Positions 48,274 through 62,061 of a stretch of 64,000 nt of DNA are shown one piece after another. Below the pieces are notes generated by a model. The model was not told the DNA's origin. It worked only from the letters and a program-made list of their open reading frames with translations, and made no database searches. Location: assembly GCA_022711115.1 (NCBI GenBank), contig JAKLFP010000001.1, positions 389,183 to 453,182 of the forward strand, read 5' to 3'. This DNA comes from Candidatus Omnitrophota bacterium (lineage in GTDB: Bacteria; Omnitrophota; Omnitrophia; Omnitrophales; Aquincolibacteriaceae). Position numbers and translations under genes: made by a program. The number at the start of each line of letters is the position of its first letter. The stretch's first letter is position 1.

Positions 48274-49395
48274 TCACAAATTGGCCGTCGATAAATGCAT
48301 GGCCGTGCGTATCTTTTCAATAAAAACAGCTGTGGCAAAGCGCCCTGCGCGGGAAATGCACGTCTTCTTGTATTTTTCCGGTTCAACTTCGAGTTCCCGC
48401 CCTACTTGTAAAATAGCCTCTCGTAGCTTCTGTCCGTCGATGGAATCTATCAATATTCCTGTTTGTCCGTCGATAAGGGTTTCCCTGTACCCCCCCTCAT
48501 TTGGCGCAATGACCGGCTTGCCGGAAGCCATAGCCTCCACAACATTCATGCCGAAATCTTCATCCTGCGATGTTGCGATAAAACCTTTGCAGTGAGCGTA
48601 TAATTCTAGCAGCTCTTCTTTGGTCACCCAACTTCTTATCTCAACGTTTTCCGGTTTGTTTTTCATGCAATAGGCCGCATAGGCTTGAAAATGATCGGAT
48701 TGTTCATAGCTCCCCACAATGATCAGCCGTTCGCCCGGCAGCCTGGAAAATGCTTCCAGCTGCAAGTCGATTCTTTTGTGCTTGATAAGCCTGTTGACCG
48801 AAAGCCAGTAGCCGTTGGAAGGCTTGTAGTGAAAATTTTCTGCGTCAATGGGTGGATGGATAACGGTTGCTTTTTTTTGTAAATATTTTTCAACGCGTTT
48901 TTTTGTGTTTTCAGAATTACAAATTATTTGCTCTACGTCTCGAATATATCTCTTGTTCAAAGAACGGTTCAAAGAAACCCATAGATCAAAAAAAGGTCTC
49001 TTCCAAAAAACGACAAGATGGTTTCTTACATAAAGATGCAGGTCCCAGATTTCTCTGATCGGAGAGTGGACATACCAAAGATTGGGTTTGTTGTTGACCG
49101 CTCCGGACATCGCCCAGTCTCCAGCCATGATGAAGAAATCATACTTCCCTTTCAGGTTCAGCCTTCGAAACTTCCATAAGGCCATCTGCTGTCTCCATGG
49201 GGCGTTGACCGGGACTCTTCCAATAGAGAAAATCCTGGGCAACACATCCGAAAAACCCATTTGGTTGATTTTTTCTTTATCCATGTTTGTGGTGTAAAGG
49301 TCCGCGTTCAGTTCCCTGGCAAGCGTTAGAGACACGATCTCTGCACCGCCGATGTTGTCGATAAAATTATGAAAGATTGCGATTTTGTTTTTCAT
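48274..49395 (-). CDS. family-4 (GT-B) glycosyltransferase
   Basis: EDFGMNVVEAMASGKPVIAPNEGG (EX7E motif). Confidence 0.7.
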   Translation of the reverse strand: MKNKIAIFHNFIDNIGGAEIVSLTLARELNADLYTTNMDKEKINQMGFSDVLPRIFSIGRVPVNAPWRQQMALWKFRRLNLKGKYDFFIMAGDWAMSGAVNNKPNLWYVHSPIREIWDLHLYVRNHLVVFWKRPFFDLWVSLNRSLNKRYIRDVEQIICNSENTKKRVEKYLQKKATVIHPPIDAENFHYKPSNGYWLSVNRLIKHKRIDLQLEAFSRLPGERLIIVGSYEQSDHFQAYAAYCMKNKPENVEIRSWVTKEELLELYAHCKGFIATSQDEDFGMNVVEAMASGKPVIAPNEGGYRETLIDGQTGILIDSIDGQKLREAILQVGRELEVEPEKYKKTCISRAGRFATAVFIEKIRTAMHLSTANL

Positions 49396-49398
49396 TTT

Positions 49399-50661
49399 TT
49401 AGCGCCAAGAGGCAAAGACGTCCACGATTTCCTGAGCCGCAAGGGGCGCAACATCTTCTTTCACAAGGCTTGCAGGATAAAGCGTTTTTAGCCACTCCAT
49501 TTCTTTTTGCGTTCCAGGATGTTTGTTGTAATCCCAAACGAGTGTTTTAGGTAACAACCCCATTTCGGCAGCGCAGTGAAGGGGCCCCTTGTTTGTCTGG
49601 TAACTTAACCCGTCGATCGTTAGCGCCTTGCATCCGCGGGTAATAGCTTCATAAGCCGTACTGGAACCGTCCGTCACAATAAATTCATGTTCATCATACA
49701 GGTGAACCAGATCCTCCAACGTGTTTTGTCCTTTCATGTAGTGGCATTGTGTTTTTTGTAATGTTTTAATAAATTCGGACACAGGCTGTTCTGTTGTTTT
49801 GAGCGGCGGCGCAAAAGTAAGAGGATGAAGAATGATTTTGATTTCAAAGTCTTTCGCTAGGCCTTTAACGACTTCGTCAAAGCGGTTGGTGTCCTGGCGG
49901 TTGGAGGCAATACGCCAGTTACAAGAGACGAGCATGGCGCCTAACTTTCTCTTTGTTTTTCTGGCACTATTAAAAATACAGTTGAGTTTAGGCTCAAAAT
50001 GCGTGAAGCGGAGAGGCATGCCATCTTTAAGAATTTGATCACGAGCGAGCAAAGCGTTTTCGCTTAAACTCTCTGTTTTTAAGATGAGATCCCAAGAATA
50101 TTTTGGAATCATGAGTTTAAAATTTTGTTTTTTGACCCAAAGATAAGACTCAATAATTGCTTCTAGCCCAAAACCAGCGCTGTGCTGAAGACGGACAAGA
50201 ACGCGGTGCCAGCGTGTCAGAAAGGGGTTTCTAAAATCTCCCATCCCGCCAAGGACAAGATCCATTGTGTTTGGATCATGAAAACTGAATGTTGAAACCG
50301 TGGGACAATCCTCTACTTCTTTAAAGCGGCGCCAAATGAAACGGTCGTCATTTTTTGTAATTATTTTCAGATATTCCGCCCAATAGTTTCGGTCTTTTTG
50401 ATGAAGAATCGTTATCTTTTGTTCTTTCTTTTTTTTGATTCGTCTTATGACGACAGGTAGAAAATAATTTTTTGCTACTGTTTTTTTAAACAGGTAGGAC
50501 AAGCGGTAGAGTTTTTCAAAAGCTTTTTTAAAAAATCTTGAAAAAAACCTCTTTTTTTTTCCATTTCCAGAAAGGACGGCTTTACAAAGAGGCTCTTTGT
50601 TCATTTCTTTCGATTTCCTGGATGGCTTCCCGTACCTGCGCAATGGTTTGCTGTTTATCAA
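49399..50661 (-). CDS. TagB/TagF-like CDP-glycerol/polyol-phosphate transferase family protein (tentative)
   Basis: KIILHPL...EFIVTDGSSTAYEAITRGCKALTI resembles the Glyphos_transf C-terminal block (HP...LITDYSS...KPII). Start uncertain; the first ~27 codons of the ORF as drawn overlap the upstream gene. Confidence 0.4.
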   Translation of the reverse strand: MINSKPLRRYGKPSRKSKEMNKEPLCKAVLSGNGKKKRFFSRFFKKAFEKLYRLSYLFKKTVAKNYFLPVVIRRIKKKKEQKITILHQKDRNYWAEYLKIITKNDDRFIWRRFKEVEDCPTVSTFSFHDPNTMDLVLGGMGDFRNPFLTRWHRVLVRLQHSAGFGLEAIIESYLWVKKQNFKLMIPKYSWDLILKTESLSENALLARDQILKDGMPLRFTHFEPKLNCIFNSARKTKRKLGAMLVSCNWRIASNRQDTNRFDEVVKGLAKDFEIKIILHPLTFAPPLKTTEQPVSEFIKTLQKTQCHYMKGQNTLEDLVHLYDEHEFIVTDGSSTAYEAITRGCKALTIDGLSYQTNKGPLHCAAEMGLLPKTLVWDYNKHPGTQKEMEWLKTLYPASLVKEDVAPLAAQEIVDVFASWR

Positions 50662-51559
50662 AATTGGAGTTATAAAATATGCTCTTTGCTGAACGGGAGC
50701 TTTTTGCTTTTTTTATAAGCTCTGTATCAAGCCGCATGCCTCGTTTCAATACCGCGCTCTCCGCAAGGACGTTGTGAAAAAGAAGTGGTGCGTTCGTTTG
50801 GCTTGCCCTTCTCCACCGATTCAACCATGGAATGCGCCCCTGATCCATAATAAATATGACGGGTTTGCCCCGAAAGAAAAAGGGGGCGGCTACAGAACTA
50901 AGACCGCCTGCGCAACAGTGACAATACGCGAAAGCCTCCAGCAGTGCTTCCGGCGTCTTTATGAAAGTCAGGTTGTCCTTTTTTTCACATATTTCTATCA
51001 ACCTCTTTAGAGTTTTCTCCTCATTTTCCGGATGAGTGGTCAGATAGCCGTGAACATCATCGCCAAGATTTTCTAACGCATGGATGAGCACCTCCAGGTC
51101 ATCTTTTTTGGGGGATAACTCACAATAAAAAAGAACCGCTCCGGGCCGAACGGGCCTTTCGGGGATCTCAAAAAGCAATGTATAGCCGATTCGCCGAAGT
51201 TTGTTTTTTTTGATGCCGTACCTTAAATAGTCCCATTCGTGCGTCCATCCTGTTAAAAACACCAAATCAATATATTGATTAATAATAGCAACCCGCGGCT
51301 TGTTCTGATCAGCCCATTTTTTAAAGCTAACACCATGAAGTGTAAAGACTTGCCGCCCTTTCAGCTTGGGGTGCAGATTAAAATAAATGTCATTGAAAAA
51401 CCATATCACATCGGACCCGTCTTGTTGAAAGACTTCGTCCGGAAAGTTTTTTTCATCAATCCCGCAGGGATGCGCCACATAGTCGCCTCCCAGGAGCGAA
51501 TGAAAGAAGCGTTGGTGAATCTTTTGATGCGGAAGTCCTACAAAAAATTTATATTTCAT
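50582..51559 (-). CDS. TagB/TagF-like polyol-phosphate transferase family protein (tentative)
   Basis: AVLFYCE...YLTTHPEN...LLEAFAYCHCCAGGLSSVAAPFFFRGKPVIF pattern. Confidence 0.4.
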   Translation of the reverse strand: MKYKFFVGLPHQKIHQRFFHSLLGGDYVAHPCGIDEKNFPDEVFQQDGSDVIWFFNDIYFNLHPKLKGRQVFTLHGVSFKKWADQNKPRVAIINQYIDLVFLTGWTHEWDYLRYGIKKNKLRRIGYTLLFEIPERPVRPGAVLFYCELSPKKDDLEVLIHALENLGDDVHGYLTTHPENEEKTLKRLIEICEKKDNLTFIKTPEALLEAFAYCHCCAGGLSSVAAPFFFRGKPVIFIMDQGRIPWLNRWRRASQTNAPLLFHNVLAESAVLKRGMRLDTELIKKAKSSRSAKSIFYNSNFDKQQTIAQVREAIQEIERNEQRASL

Positions 51560-51562
51560 TTT

Positions 51563-52462
51563 TTATAATTTTTTTAAACGCTTTTTGCGGGGGGATTTTT
51601 CGTCGGTTTTTGAGAATTGAAAGCTTCCGGCTATTCGAGAAAAGGCATCTTGCAAACAGTATTTTATCCAGACAAAAACATCCTTTTGCAGCTCAAGAAA
51701 GATAGCTGTTGCGTAGTTGTTCCAACCGAATTTTCCAAGACGACGAAGAAGAAAAAGCGTCTTAGTTTTGATTCTCAGTTGTTGGGCTCGCTTTATACAG
51801 CCACGCTTGTGAAGAGATCTTTCGGACTTGGAATGCTCTCTATATTTTAAGAGCGGTTCGGAGAATTTATAAATCAAATTTTTATCGCTGCAAAAATGAA
51901 GCCACATCTCATAGTCTTCTCCAAAGTTAGGCAGCTTTTCGTTAAAGCGATATCTCTTTAAAATCTTCGTCCGGACCATAGTGGTCGGATTACAGATACA
52001 ACAGACGCGTTTCATGGTTTTTGTGATTTCTTTGTAAGAAATGCTGTTTTTTTCCGCCTCCCAAACTCTGGACAAAGTCCTGCCTTCAGCGTCAATTAAT
52101 ATCGCTGTGGAGGCGACGGCGCCGATGTCAGGGTTTTGATCTAAATAGGCTACCTGTTTTTCGATCCTTTCTGGAAAGGCTATGTCATCGGAGTTCATGA
52201 TCGCAAGGCATTCCCCTCGGGCCAAGGCGAGCCCTTCATTCATTCTTTGCGCAATGCCTTTATTTTGGCTATGGCTTATAAGACGAATACGGGCGTCGGA
52301 AAAAGAGCGGAGAATGTTGTCCGTTTGATCTTCCGAGCCATCGTCAATGATTAAAAATTCGAAATTCTCAAAGGTTTGATTGAGAACGCTCTCCACGGCT
52401 TCGCGGACGTATTTTTCTCGGTTGTAAACAGGCATTAAAACAGTAACCTTGGGATTTGGCAT
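51563..52462 (-). CDS. family-2 glycosyltransferase
   Basis: VTVLMPVYNREKYVREAVESVLNQT...FLIIDDGSEDQT...MNSDD. Confidence 0.7.
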   Translation of the reverse strand: MPNPKVTVLMPVYNREKYVREAVESVLNQTFENFEFLIIDDGSEDQTDNILRSFSDARIRLISHSQNKGIAQRMNEGLALARGECLAIMNSDDIAFPERIEKQVAYLDQNPDIGAVASTAILIDAEGRTLSRVWEAEKNSISYKEITKTMKRVCCICNPTTMVRTKILKRYRFNEKLPNFGEDYEMWLHFCSDKNLIYKFSEPLLKYREHSKSERSLHKRGCIKRAQQLRIKTKTLFLLRRLGKFGWNNYATAIFLELQKDVFVWIKYCLQDAFSRIAGSFQFSKTDEKSPRKKRLKKL

Positions 52463-52645
52463 TAGTTCTATAATAATTTGGTTGTCAATTTAGTGGAACT
52501 ACTTGTTAAAAGTTTGACTGCGCCGGCTTTATATAAATTGAAGATCTTGGCACGCCTTTTTCTTTTTCGGTCGAATCGCTTTACGCGCCAAAACCGTCGC
52601 TGCGCTAAAGCCAAAAAAGCGCCGTCAGTTTATCCCGCTGTTTCC

Positions 52646-53766
52646 TTAAATATTCGATAGTCTTTTTGTTGGGGTTGTGCCATTTGATACGCTTTCGCTT
52701 AACTGAAATTCATACTTCCTCGACAGCTCTTTTAATATCTCTTTGGCAATGATTTGATTCCCAAGATCATTGTGGTGCCCTTTTTGATAAATAAGTGTTG
52801 AGGACATGTCGTTTTTTTGAAGGAAAGCATTCAGCGCAACCTTGGTGTCCATAAAATCGATTTCCAGTTCTTCAAGCTTGTCCTTTAAAAAAGTCTCCCG
52901 CCAGGTGACCTGATGGAGATCGCGTCGCGCATAAAATAAAACGACAAGAAGAGGGTGTTGCTGTTGAAAACATATTTTTTTATACGTTCAAGAATTTTGG
53001 AGTTAATGGCTTTTTTTTGTTCTTCTTTGGAAAAGCCTCTTTCTAGATCAGGGATCTGGGATAAAATACCTCTCCAAAAAATCCGGAAGGCATAGCTTTT
53101 GATCTGAGGCGGATGGCTTTTGACATACTGGTCCGGATCCTGATTGAGAGGAGTTCCCTGAAGGGTTAAAGTGTTTTTTGAGATAAGAAAGTAAGGCTTC
53201 GCACCGCCTCGAATAGTCAGAATGGAACGGTCGAGATCATCGGATACAAGAATGCCGATGATAATGAAAGGAGCGTGAACTTTTTTATGAGTCATTTCGA
53301 ACATAAGAAGGATCTGGTCCAATCCGTACCCTCCGCAGCCCAGGTCGACTGCTTCCACCCCTGCAAGACGATCCGTCATAAGGTTGCAGATTTTGTTTTC
53401 TTCTCGCCCTGTTCCGCGCACAAAGGAATCCCCGTAAAAAAGGATCTTTTTTTTTGGCGAGGAAAGACGGGCGAGGCTAAGTTTTCGCAACCCTAAAGGA
53501 TTCTCAAAGGTTGTTGTGGCTTGACTCCACCCGAGCAGGGGATGGCGTCTTTTGTCATAAATATCCTTTTCTTTACCCAGAAGACGCCGCAGTTTCCAGT
53601 AGTCATCTTCCGTAGAAGAATTTGCATAGAGTTTGGGATGCCTGAGCTGCGGAATAGGAAGATATGGTGAAAACAAACTAAGACGGATGATTATTTCCAA
53701 AGTCAGCAGGGTCGCAAAGATGCTGCTCCCAATCAAAACCAACCGAATTTTCATTTCTTTTTTCAT
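52646..53766 (-). pseudogene. membrane-anchored SGNH/GDSL hydrolase paralog 4, disrupted: N-terminal ORF 52885..53766 and C-terminal fragment 52646..52852
   Basis: FYGDSFVRGTG in the 293-aa ORF. The conserved C-terminal His block (GHHNDLGNQIIAKEI) lies in the separate 68-aa ORF in another frame. Confidence 0.45.
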
Positions 53767-53949
53767 TTGTTGTTCAATAGCTGTTTCGTCGAAGCCTCGC
53801 GAGCAGTCCTCATAAAAAAGAATGCGTACGCTTCATACCGTTATTGCCGTCTCATGGTGAAGTTTTTTGCATCGTTTCTTTTGCGATCATGCCGCTTCGC
53901 TCGGAAGGAGTTTTGCTTGTTGCATAGTGCTTCTGCGTTTAAAAGTAAC

Positions 53950-54040
53950 TGGCGGAGAGGGCGAGATTCGAACTCGCGAGGCCTTTTGGGCCTACCCGCT
54001 TTCCAGGCGAGCGCACTAGACCAGGCTATGCGACCTCTCC
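53950..54040 (-). tRNA. tRNA-Ser (anticodon GGA)
   Basis: Manual fold: anticodon stem CTCGC/GCGGG with loop CTGGAAA, long variable arm, encoded CCA. Confidence 0.85.
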
Positions 54041-54106
54041 GTGTAAAATGAAAATGCGCTAAAGTTTATTTGTTTCCGTAAAAACGGTCAAGGCATGAAA
54101 TGGGGC

Positions 54107-55378
54107 TTAGGATAAATAGGTTTGTAAAGCTTTCGGGAATTCCACTCTTTCGTTTTCCGTTTGAAAGTTTTCTAAGAGGCAGAGCACGATTCTCGCAAGC
54201 GCTAGACCGGATCCGTTTAAGGTATGGATAAATTCCGCTTTTTTAGTTTTGGCATTTCGGTACCGAATATTCATCCGCCTCGCTTGAAAATCCTTGAAAA
54301 GACTGCAGCTGGAAACCTCAAACCATTTTTTGGTTGCCGGGGCCCAAACTTCCAAGTCATAGCACTTCGCTGCAGCAAAACTCATGTCCCCGCTCCCGAG
54401 CAAGACGACCCGGTAAGGGAGTTCCAGCGCCTGAAGAATGTCTTCCGCATCCTTCACAAGCGTTTCCAATTCATGCTCCGAACCTTCCGGTTTCACGAAT
54501 TTAACCATCTCAACTTTATCAAACTGATGCACCCTCGAAAGGCCGCGTGTATCTTTGCCGTAGGACCCGGCCTCTTTTCGAAAACACGGTGTGTATGCCG
54601 TATATTTGATGGGGAGGTCTTTCTCGTCTAAAATCTCGTCCCTCAAAAGATTGGTCACCGGCACTTCAGCGGTAGGGATTAAAAAATAAGAACCCTTTGC
54701 TTCCGTATCCTCTTCTGCTAGAGCATACATGTCCGCTTCCATTTTTGGGATCTGTCCAGTCCCTTTCATGGAAGCTCGATTCACGATTGCGGGCGGCCAG
54801 ACCTCGGTGTAGCCGTGTTTTTTAATGTGTAGATCGAGCATGAGATTAATGAGTCCTCGCTCGAGACGGGCTCCTTGCCCGAAATATACGGGAAAACCGG
54901 CTCCTGTGATCTTGCTTCCTTTTTCCATGGAAAGCCATCCGAGGCTTCCTGCAAGGTCCAAATGGTCTTTAATTTTATGCGCAAAAGTCCTAGGATTGCC
55001 CCATGACCGCACTACTTTATTGCCCTCTGACCCTTTTGAAACTGGAACATCATTGCTAGGTATGTTTGGGATATAAAGCAATATTTTGTCTATTTTTTCT
55101 GCTATCTCTCCCACCTTAGCATCAATTTCGCCTATTTTTTGGGAAATTGACCTCATTTCTGATATAACAACTTCCGTTTGTTTCCCTTGTTTTTTTAGGG
55201 ATGCAATCTCGTCATTAGCAGAATTGCGCTTGGCTTTGAGTTCTTCGCTTTCTTTTTGCAGGGAGCGTTTTTCAGCATCCAAGGAGAGAACTTCTTTTAG
55301 GTCTAGGGTGACACCTTTCGCAGAAAGCCCCTTTGCGACAGCTTCGGGATTTTCCCGGATGAACTTGAGGTCAAGCAC
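54107..55378 (-). CDS. serS: seryl-tRNA synthetase
   Basis: 423 aa; N-terminal coiled-coil arm MLDLKFIRENPEAVAKGL...; class II core motifs. Confidence 0.9.
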   Translation of the reverse strand: MLDLKFIRENPEAVAKGLSAKGVTLDLKEVLSLDAEKRSLQKESEELKAKRNSANDEIASLKKQGKQTEVVISEMRSISQKIGEIDAKVGEIAEKIDKILLYIPNIPSNDVPVSKGSEGNKVVRSWGNPRTFAHKIKDHLDLAGSLGWLSMEKGSKITGAGFPVYFGQGARLERGLINLMLDLHIKKHGYTEVWPPAIVNRASMKGTGQIPKMEADMYALAEEDTEAKGSYFLIPTAEVPVTNLLRDEILDEKDLPIKYTAYTPCFRKEAGSYGKDTRGLSRVHQFDKVEMVKFVKPEGSEHELETLVKDAEDILQALELPYRVVLLGSGDMSFAAAKCYDLEVWAPATKKWFEVSSCSLFKDFQARRMNIRYRNAKTKKAEFIHTLNGSGLALARIVLCLLENFQTENERVEFPKALQTYLS

Positions 55379-55390
55379 TTAAGGTTCCTT

Positions 55391-57901
55391 TTATTTCTTT
55401 TTATTTTTACTGTCCAGCAGTTCCAGCTGGCTTGCATTCGATGAATCCGAATCTTCGTCTTTGGCAACCACGCGTGTCGCGGAGGAGATTTTGTCTTTGT
55501 CTCTGAGGCGCATCACCTTAACGCCAAGGGCGTTTCGTCCTGATGTGCGGATCTGGTTGACAGGACAACGAACCACCATCCCTCCCGTGGTGACGATGAT
55601 GATTTCATCCTCTTCGGCAACGGTCAGAACATTCACAACTTTTCCGTTCTTTTCAGAAACCTTCACGTTGATGATCCCTTTGCCTCCCCGGGACTGGATG
55701 CGATATTGCGAGAAAAGCGTCTTTTTCCCGTACCCGTTTTCCGTAATGCTGAGCGCTGTAGCCTTAGGATCTACGATCTCCATAGCAATGACTTCATCAT
55801 TTTTCGCTAAATTAATACCTCGGACACCGCTTGCGGTCCGGCCCATGTCGCGAACATCGCCTTCTTCAAATCGAATGGCTTTCCCTGTTCTCGTCGCGAT
55901 AAAGATTTCATCTTTGCCTGAGGTGATCTTGCAGGCAACAAGCTCGTCTTTGTCGCGCAAGGAAATCGCATTTATCCCTGTGGAACGCGGCCTGGAGTAT
56001 TCGATCAGATTTGTTTTTTTGATGACTCCTTTAGCCGTCACCATGACGACATACCGCTTGTCGTCAAATTCCTTGACCATCAGATAACTGGAAACGGTTT
56101 CATTCTGTCCGAGCGAGAGGAAGTTTACAATCGCCTTGCCTTTGGCTTGCCGTGAGGCTTGCGGGATATCGTAAGCCTTACGCCAGTAAACCCGCCCTTG
56201 GTTCGTAAAAAAGAGAATGAAGTCGTGCGTCGAAGCAAGGAACATATGTTCGATAAAATCATCGTCGTCGCGAACGCCCGCGCCCGTCACCCCCGTGCCT
56301 CCGCGATGTTGTCTTCGATACATCGAGACAGGAATGCGTTTGATGTAGCCGGCATGAGAAATGGTGATTAAGACATCTTCCTGAGCGATGAGGTCTTCGA
56401 TATCGATCTCATCTTCCGCCGCAACAATCTGCGTTCTTCTTTCATCTCCATATTTTTTCAACAGTTCCTGGGATTCTTCTTTGATGATGTCCAAAACCTT
56501 TTTGCGGCTTTTGAGTACGGATTTGTAATATTCGATCTTTTTAATGAGTTCCAGATATTCTTCGTCGATTTTTTCACGTTCAAGCTGAGTCAAGCGCTGA
56601 AGCTGCAATTCCAAGATCGCTTTTGTTTGAATCTCAGTGAGCTTCAAAGCAGCCATCAAGCGTTCTTTGGCGAGCTCGGGGCTTTTGGATGTGCGGATAA
56701 TCTTTATCACTTTATCGAGATTCGCGATCGCTTTTTTATAACCTTCGAGAATATGCGCTCTTTTTTCCGCCTTATCGAGCTCGAAGCGCGTTCTGCGTGT
56801 AATCACCGTAACCCGGAAATCGATGAAGTTTTCTATCATCTGCTTGAGCGTGAGCACGCGCGGTTGTCCGTCCACAAGGGCCAGCATAATCACGCCAAAA
56901 GAAGACTGCATCTGCGTATGCTTATAAAGATTGTTTAAAATCACCTGCGGGATGGCGTCTTTCTTGAGCTCTATCACAATCCGCATGCCGTCCCGGTCTG
57001 ACTCGTCGCGTAGGTCAGAAACCCCTTCGATCTTTTTGTCTTCAACAAGCCGCACGATAGATTCGATCAGGCTGGTTTTGTTCACCTGATAAGGGATCTC
57101 GGTGATGATAATGGCGTCTTTTTTGCTGCGCCCTGTCTCGACCGCCGCTTTGGCGCGCATGACGATTTGCCCTCGACCGGTTTCATAAGCCTTCTTGATC
57201 CCTTCGCGCCCGACAATAAGCCCTGCGGTTGGAAAATCCGGCCCCTTCACTATTTTGGCAAGTTCTTTAACGGATGCATCGGGATTGTCGATGACCGCCA
57301 TGATCGCCGTCAATATTTCGGTCAAATTATGCGGAGGAATGTTGGTCGCCATGCCGACCGCAATCCCGCTGGAACCATTTACCAGCAAAGTAGGAAGCTT
57401 GGAAGGAAGCAGGGAAGGTTCGACAAGCGATTCATCAAAGTTCGGCACAAAGTCCACCGTGTCTTTGTCGATATCACTTAAAAGCTCCGCGCTAACGCTC
57501 GAAAGCCGGGCTTCGGTATAACGCATGGCCGCGGCACTGTCACCGTCGATGGAGCCAAAGTTTCCCTGGCCTTCCACCAACGGATAGCGAAGCGAAAAAT
57601 CCTGCGCCATACGCACCATGGAATCATAAACCGCGGTATCCCCGTGAGGATGATACTTGCCAAGCACTTCCCCGACAATGCGGGCGGATTTTTTGTAAGC
57701 TTTGTTATGAGTGATCCCAAGATCATTCATGGCGAACAAGATGCGCCGGTGCACCGGCTTGAGTCCATCGCGGACATCCGGAAGCGCGCGACCGACAATG
57801 ACGGACATCGAATAGTCAATATAAGAATCTTTCATCTCCTCTTCGATGGGCCGGGGAATGATTTTTTCGTTCATTGCATATAAGTTTTTCTCATCCGCCA
57901 T
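55391..57901 (-). CDS. gyrA: DNA gyrase subunit A
   Basis: 836 aa; ...[21 protein letters not shown]..., active-site Tyr region, C-terminal beta-pinwheel repeats. Confidence 0.9.
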   Translation of the reverse strand: MADEKNLYAMNEKIIPRPIEEEMKDSYIDYSMSVIVGRALPDVRDGLKPVHRRILFAMNDLGITHNKAYKKSARIVGEVLGKYHPHGDTAVYDSMVRMAQDFSLRYPLVEGQGNFGSIDGDSAAAMRYTEARLSSVSAELLSDIDKDTVDFVPNFDESLVEPSLLPSKLPTLLVNGSSGIAVGMATNIPPHNLTEILTAIMAVIDNPDASVKELAKIVKGPDFPTAGLIVGREGIKKAYETGRGQIVMRAKAAVETGRSKKDAIIITEIPYQVNKTSLIESIVRLVEDKKIEGVSDLRDESDRDGMRIVIELKKDAIPQVILNNLYKHTQMQSSFGVIMLALVDGQPRVLTLKQMIENFIDFRVTVITRRTRFELDKAEKRAHILEGYKKAIANLDKVIKIIRTSKSPELAKERLMAALKLTEIQTKAILELQLQRLTQLEREKIDEEYLELIKKIEYYKSVLKSRKKVLDIIKEESQELLKKYGDERRTQIVAAEDEIDIEDLIAQEDVLITISHAGYIKRIPVSMYRRQHRGGTGVTGAGVRDDDDFIEHMFLASTHDFILFFTNQGRVYWRKAYDIPQASRQAKGKAIVNFLSLGQNETVSSYLMVKEFDDKRYVVMVTAKGVIKKTNLIEYSRPRSTGINAISLRDKDELVACKITSGKDEIFIATRTGKAIRFEEGDVRDMGRTASGVRGINLAKNDEVIAMEIVDPKATALSITENGYGKKTLFSQYRIQSRGGKGIINVKVSEKNGKVVNVLTVAEEDEIIIVTTGGMVVRCPVNQIRTSGRNALGVKVMRLRDKDKISSATRVVAKDEDSDSSNASQLELLDSKNKKK

Positions 57902-57937
57902 AATTGCTTTCCTTTTTATCCTTCTTTATGAAATGTA

Positions 57938-60777
<2,840 letters not shown>

Positions 60778-60821
60778 AAAAAATTACTTTATTTGATTTT
60801 ATAAGAACTCTAAAACGTAAA

Positions 60822-61922
60822 TTAATTTATTTGCATGGGCATAATCACGTAAAGATACCCCTCTTTTCCCTTAATGAGCCCGGGCTTATCGGGTTCGGTG
60901 AGAGAAATATTGATTTTTTCTTCATCGAGATTTTTTAAAACATCTAGAAAATAATTTGGGTTAAAACCTATGGTGACCTCATTCCCTTTAAACTCTGCCG
61001 GAATTTCCTCTTTTGCTTCACCCATATTCGGTGATTTTGCGGAAACAATGATTTTATTTTTAATAAAATCAAATTTCATCGCTGGCGCTTCTGGAGAAGT
61101 GAGAAGAGAGGTTCGCCGCACCGCTTGAAGAAGTTCCTCCCTATTGACTAGTATTTGCGTTTTTTCTTCTTTAGGTATCACTTGTTCGTAATTAGGAAAA
61201 TTACCTTCAATAAGACTTGAGGTTAAAAATGTGTCTTCTAAATAAAAAATGACTTTGTTTTGGGTGTGGATAATCCGAACCTTCCCTTCCCAACATAAAA
61301 GTTTTAAAAGTTCGTGTATTGTTTTTGCCGGAACGATGATATCTGTATTTTTAAGACTTTTTTGTTTTACTTCTTTCTTAAAAAAAGCAAGCCTTCTTCC
61401 GTCTGTGGCTACAAATTTAAGGTTGTTTTCTTGTATGGATATAAGAACCCCGTTTAAAACATACCTTGTTTCATCGTGAGAGATCGCGAAGGCTGTTAAA
61501 GAAAGACTTTGTTTAATAATAGCTTGTTCTATCTCTAGTGCATTATCGAGTGAAAATTCCGGAAGTTTAGGATATTCATCCTTATCCAACCCCATAATTT
61601 TAAATTGGGATTTTCCGGTTTTAATATTAACGGTATTGTTTTTAGTAACACTAATCTCAACATCTCCCTCAGGAAGCTCTTTAATAATATCATGAAATTT
61701 TTTAGCTGGGACTGTAACACTTCCTTGTTGTAAAATTTCTAGACTTAATAAAGTAGATATTCCCACCTCCATATCCGTCGCAACAATCTTTAACTTTCCA
61801 TCCTTTTGGGTTTCTAATAATAAATTGTTTAAAATAGGAAGAGTGCTTGGTTTAGAGGCTGCGATATTGACGCATAAAGTTATTTTTTTTAATAATTCAT
61901 TTTTTTCAACCTTAATATCCAT
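60822..61922 (-). CDS. dnaN: DNA polymerase III beta sliding clamp
   Basis: 366 aa, three-domain clamp; downstream of dnaA. Confidence 0.9.
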   Translation of the reverse strand: MDIKVEKNELLKKITLCVNIAASKPSTLPILNNLLLETQKDGKLKIVATDMEVGISTLLSLEILQQGSVTVPAKKFHDIIKELPEGDVEISVTKNNTVNIKTGKSQFKIMGLDKDEYPKLPEFSLDNALEIEQAIIKQSLSLTAFAISHDETRYVLNGVLISIQENNLKFVATDGRRLAFFKKEVKQKSLKNTDIIVPAKTIHELLKLLCWEGKVRIIHTQNKVIFYLEDTFLTSSLIEGNFPNYEQVIPKEEKTQILVNREELLQAVRRTSLLTSPEAPAMKFDFIKNKIIVSAKSPNMGEAKEEIPAEFKGNEVTIGFNPNYFLDVLKNLDEEKINISLTEPDKPGLIKGKEGYLYVIMPMQIN

Positions 61923-62061
61923 AACCCACCCCTTTTGCTTTTATTATTCTATATTAAAAAAAATAGTAACCGTAGTAATAATGATTGTTATTTTGTGAAT
62001 AAGTATACAACTTATTTTAAATAATACATTTATAAAAATAAAACTTGTGGAAAAACCACTC
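61923..62061. promoter_or_regulatory. candidate oriC: very AT-rich dnaA-dnaN intergenic region with two near-consensus DnaA boxes (TGTGaATAA 61994-62002; TGTGGAaAA 62046-62054)
   Basis: Each box is 1 mismatch from TGTGGATAA, both in the same orientation, in ~20% GC DNA between dnaA and dnaN. Confidence 0.5.
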
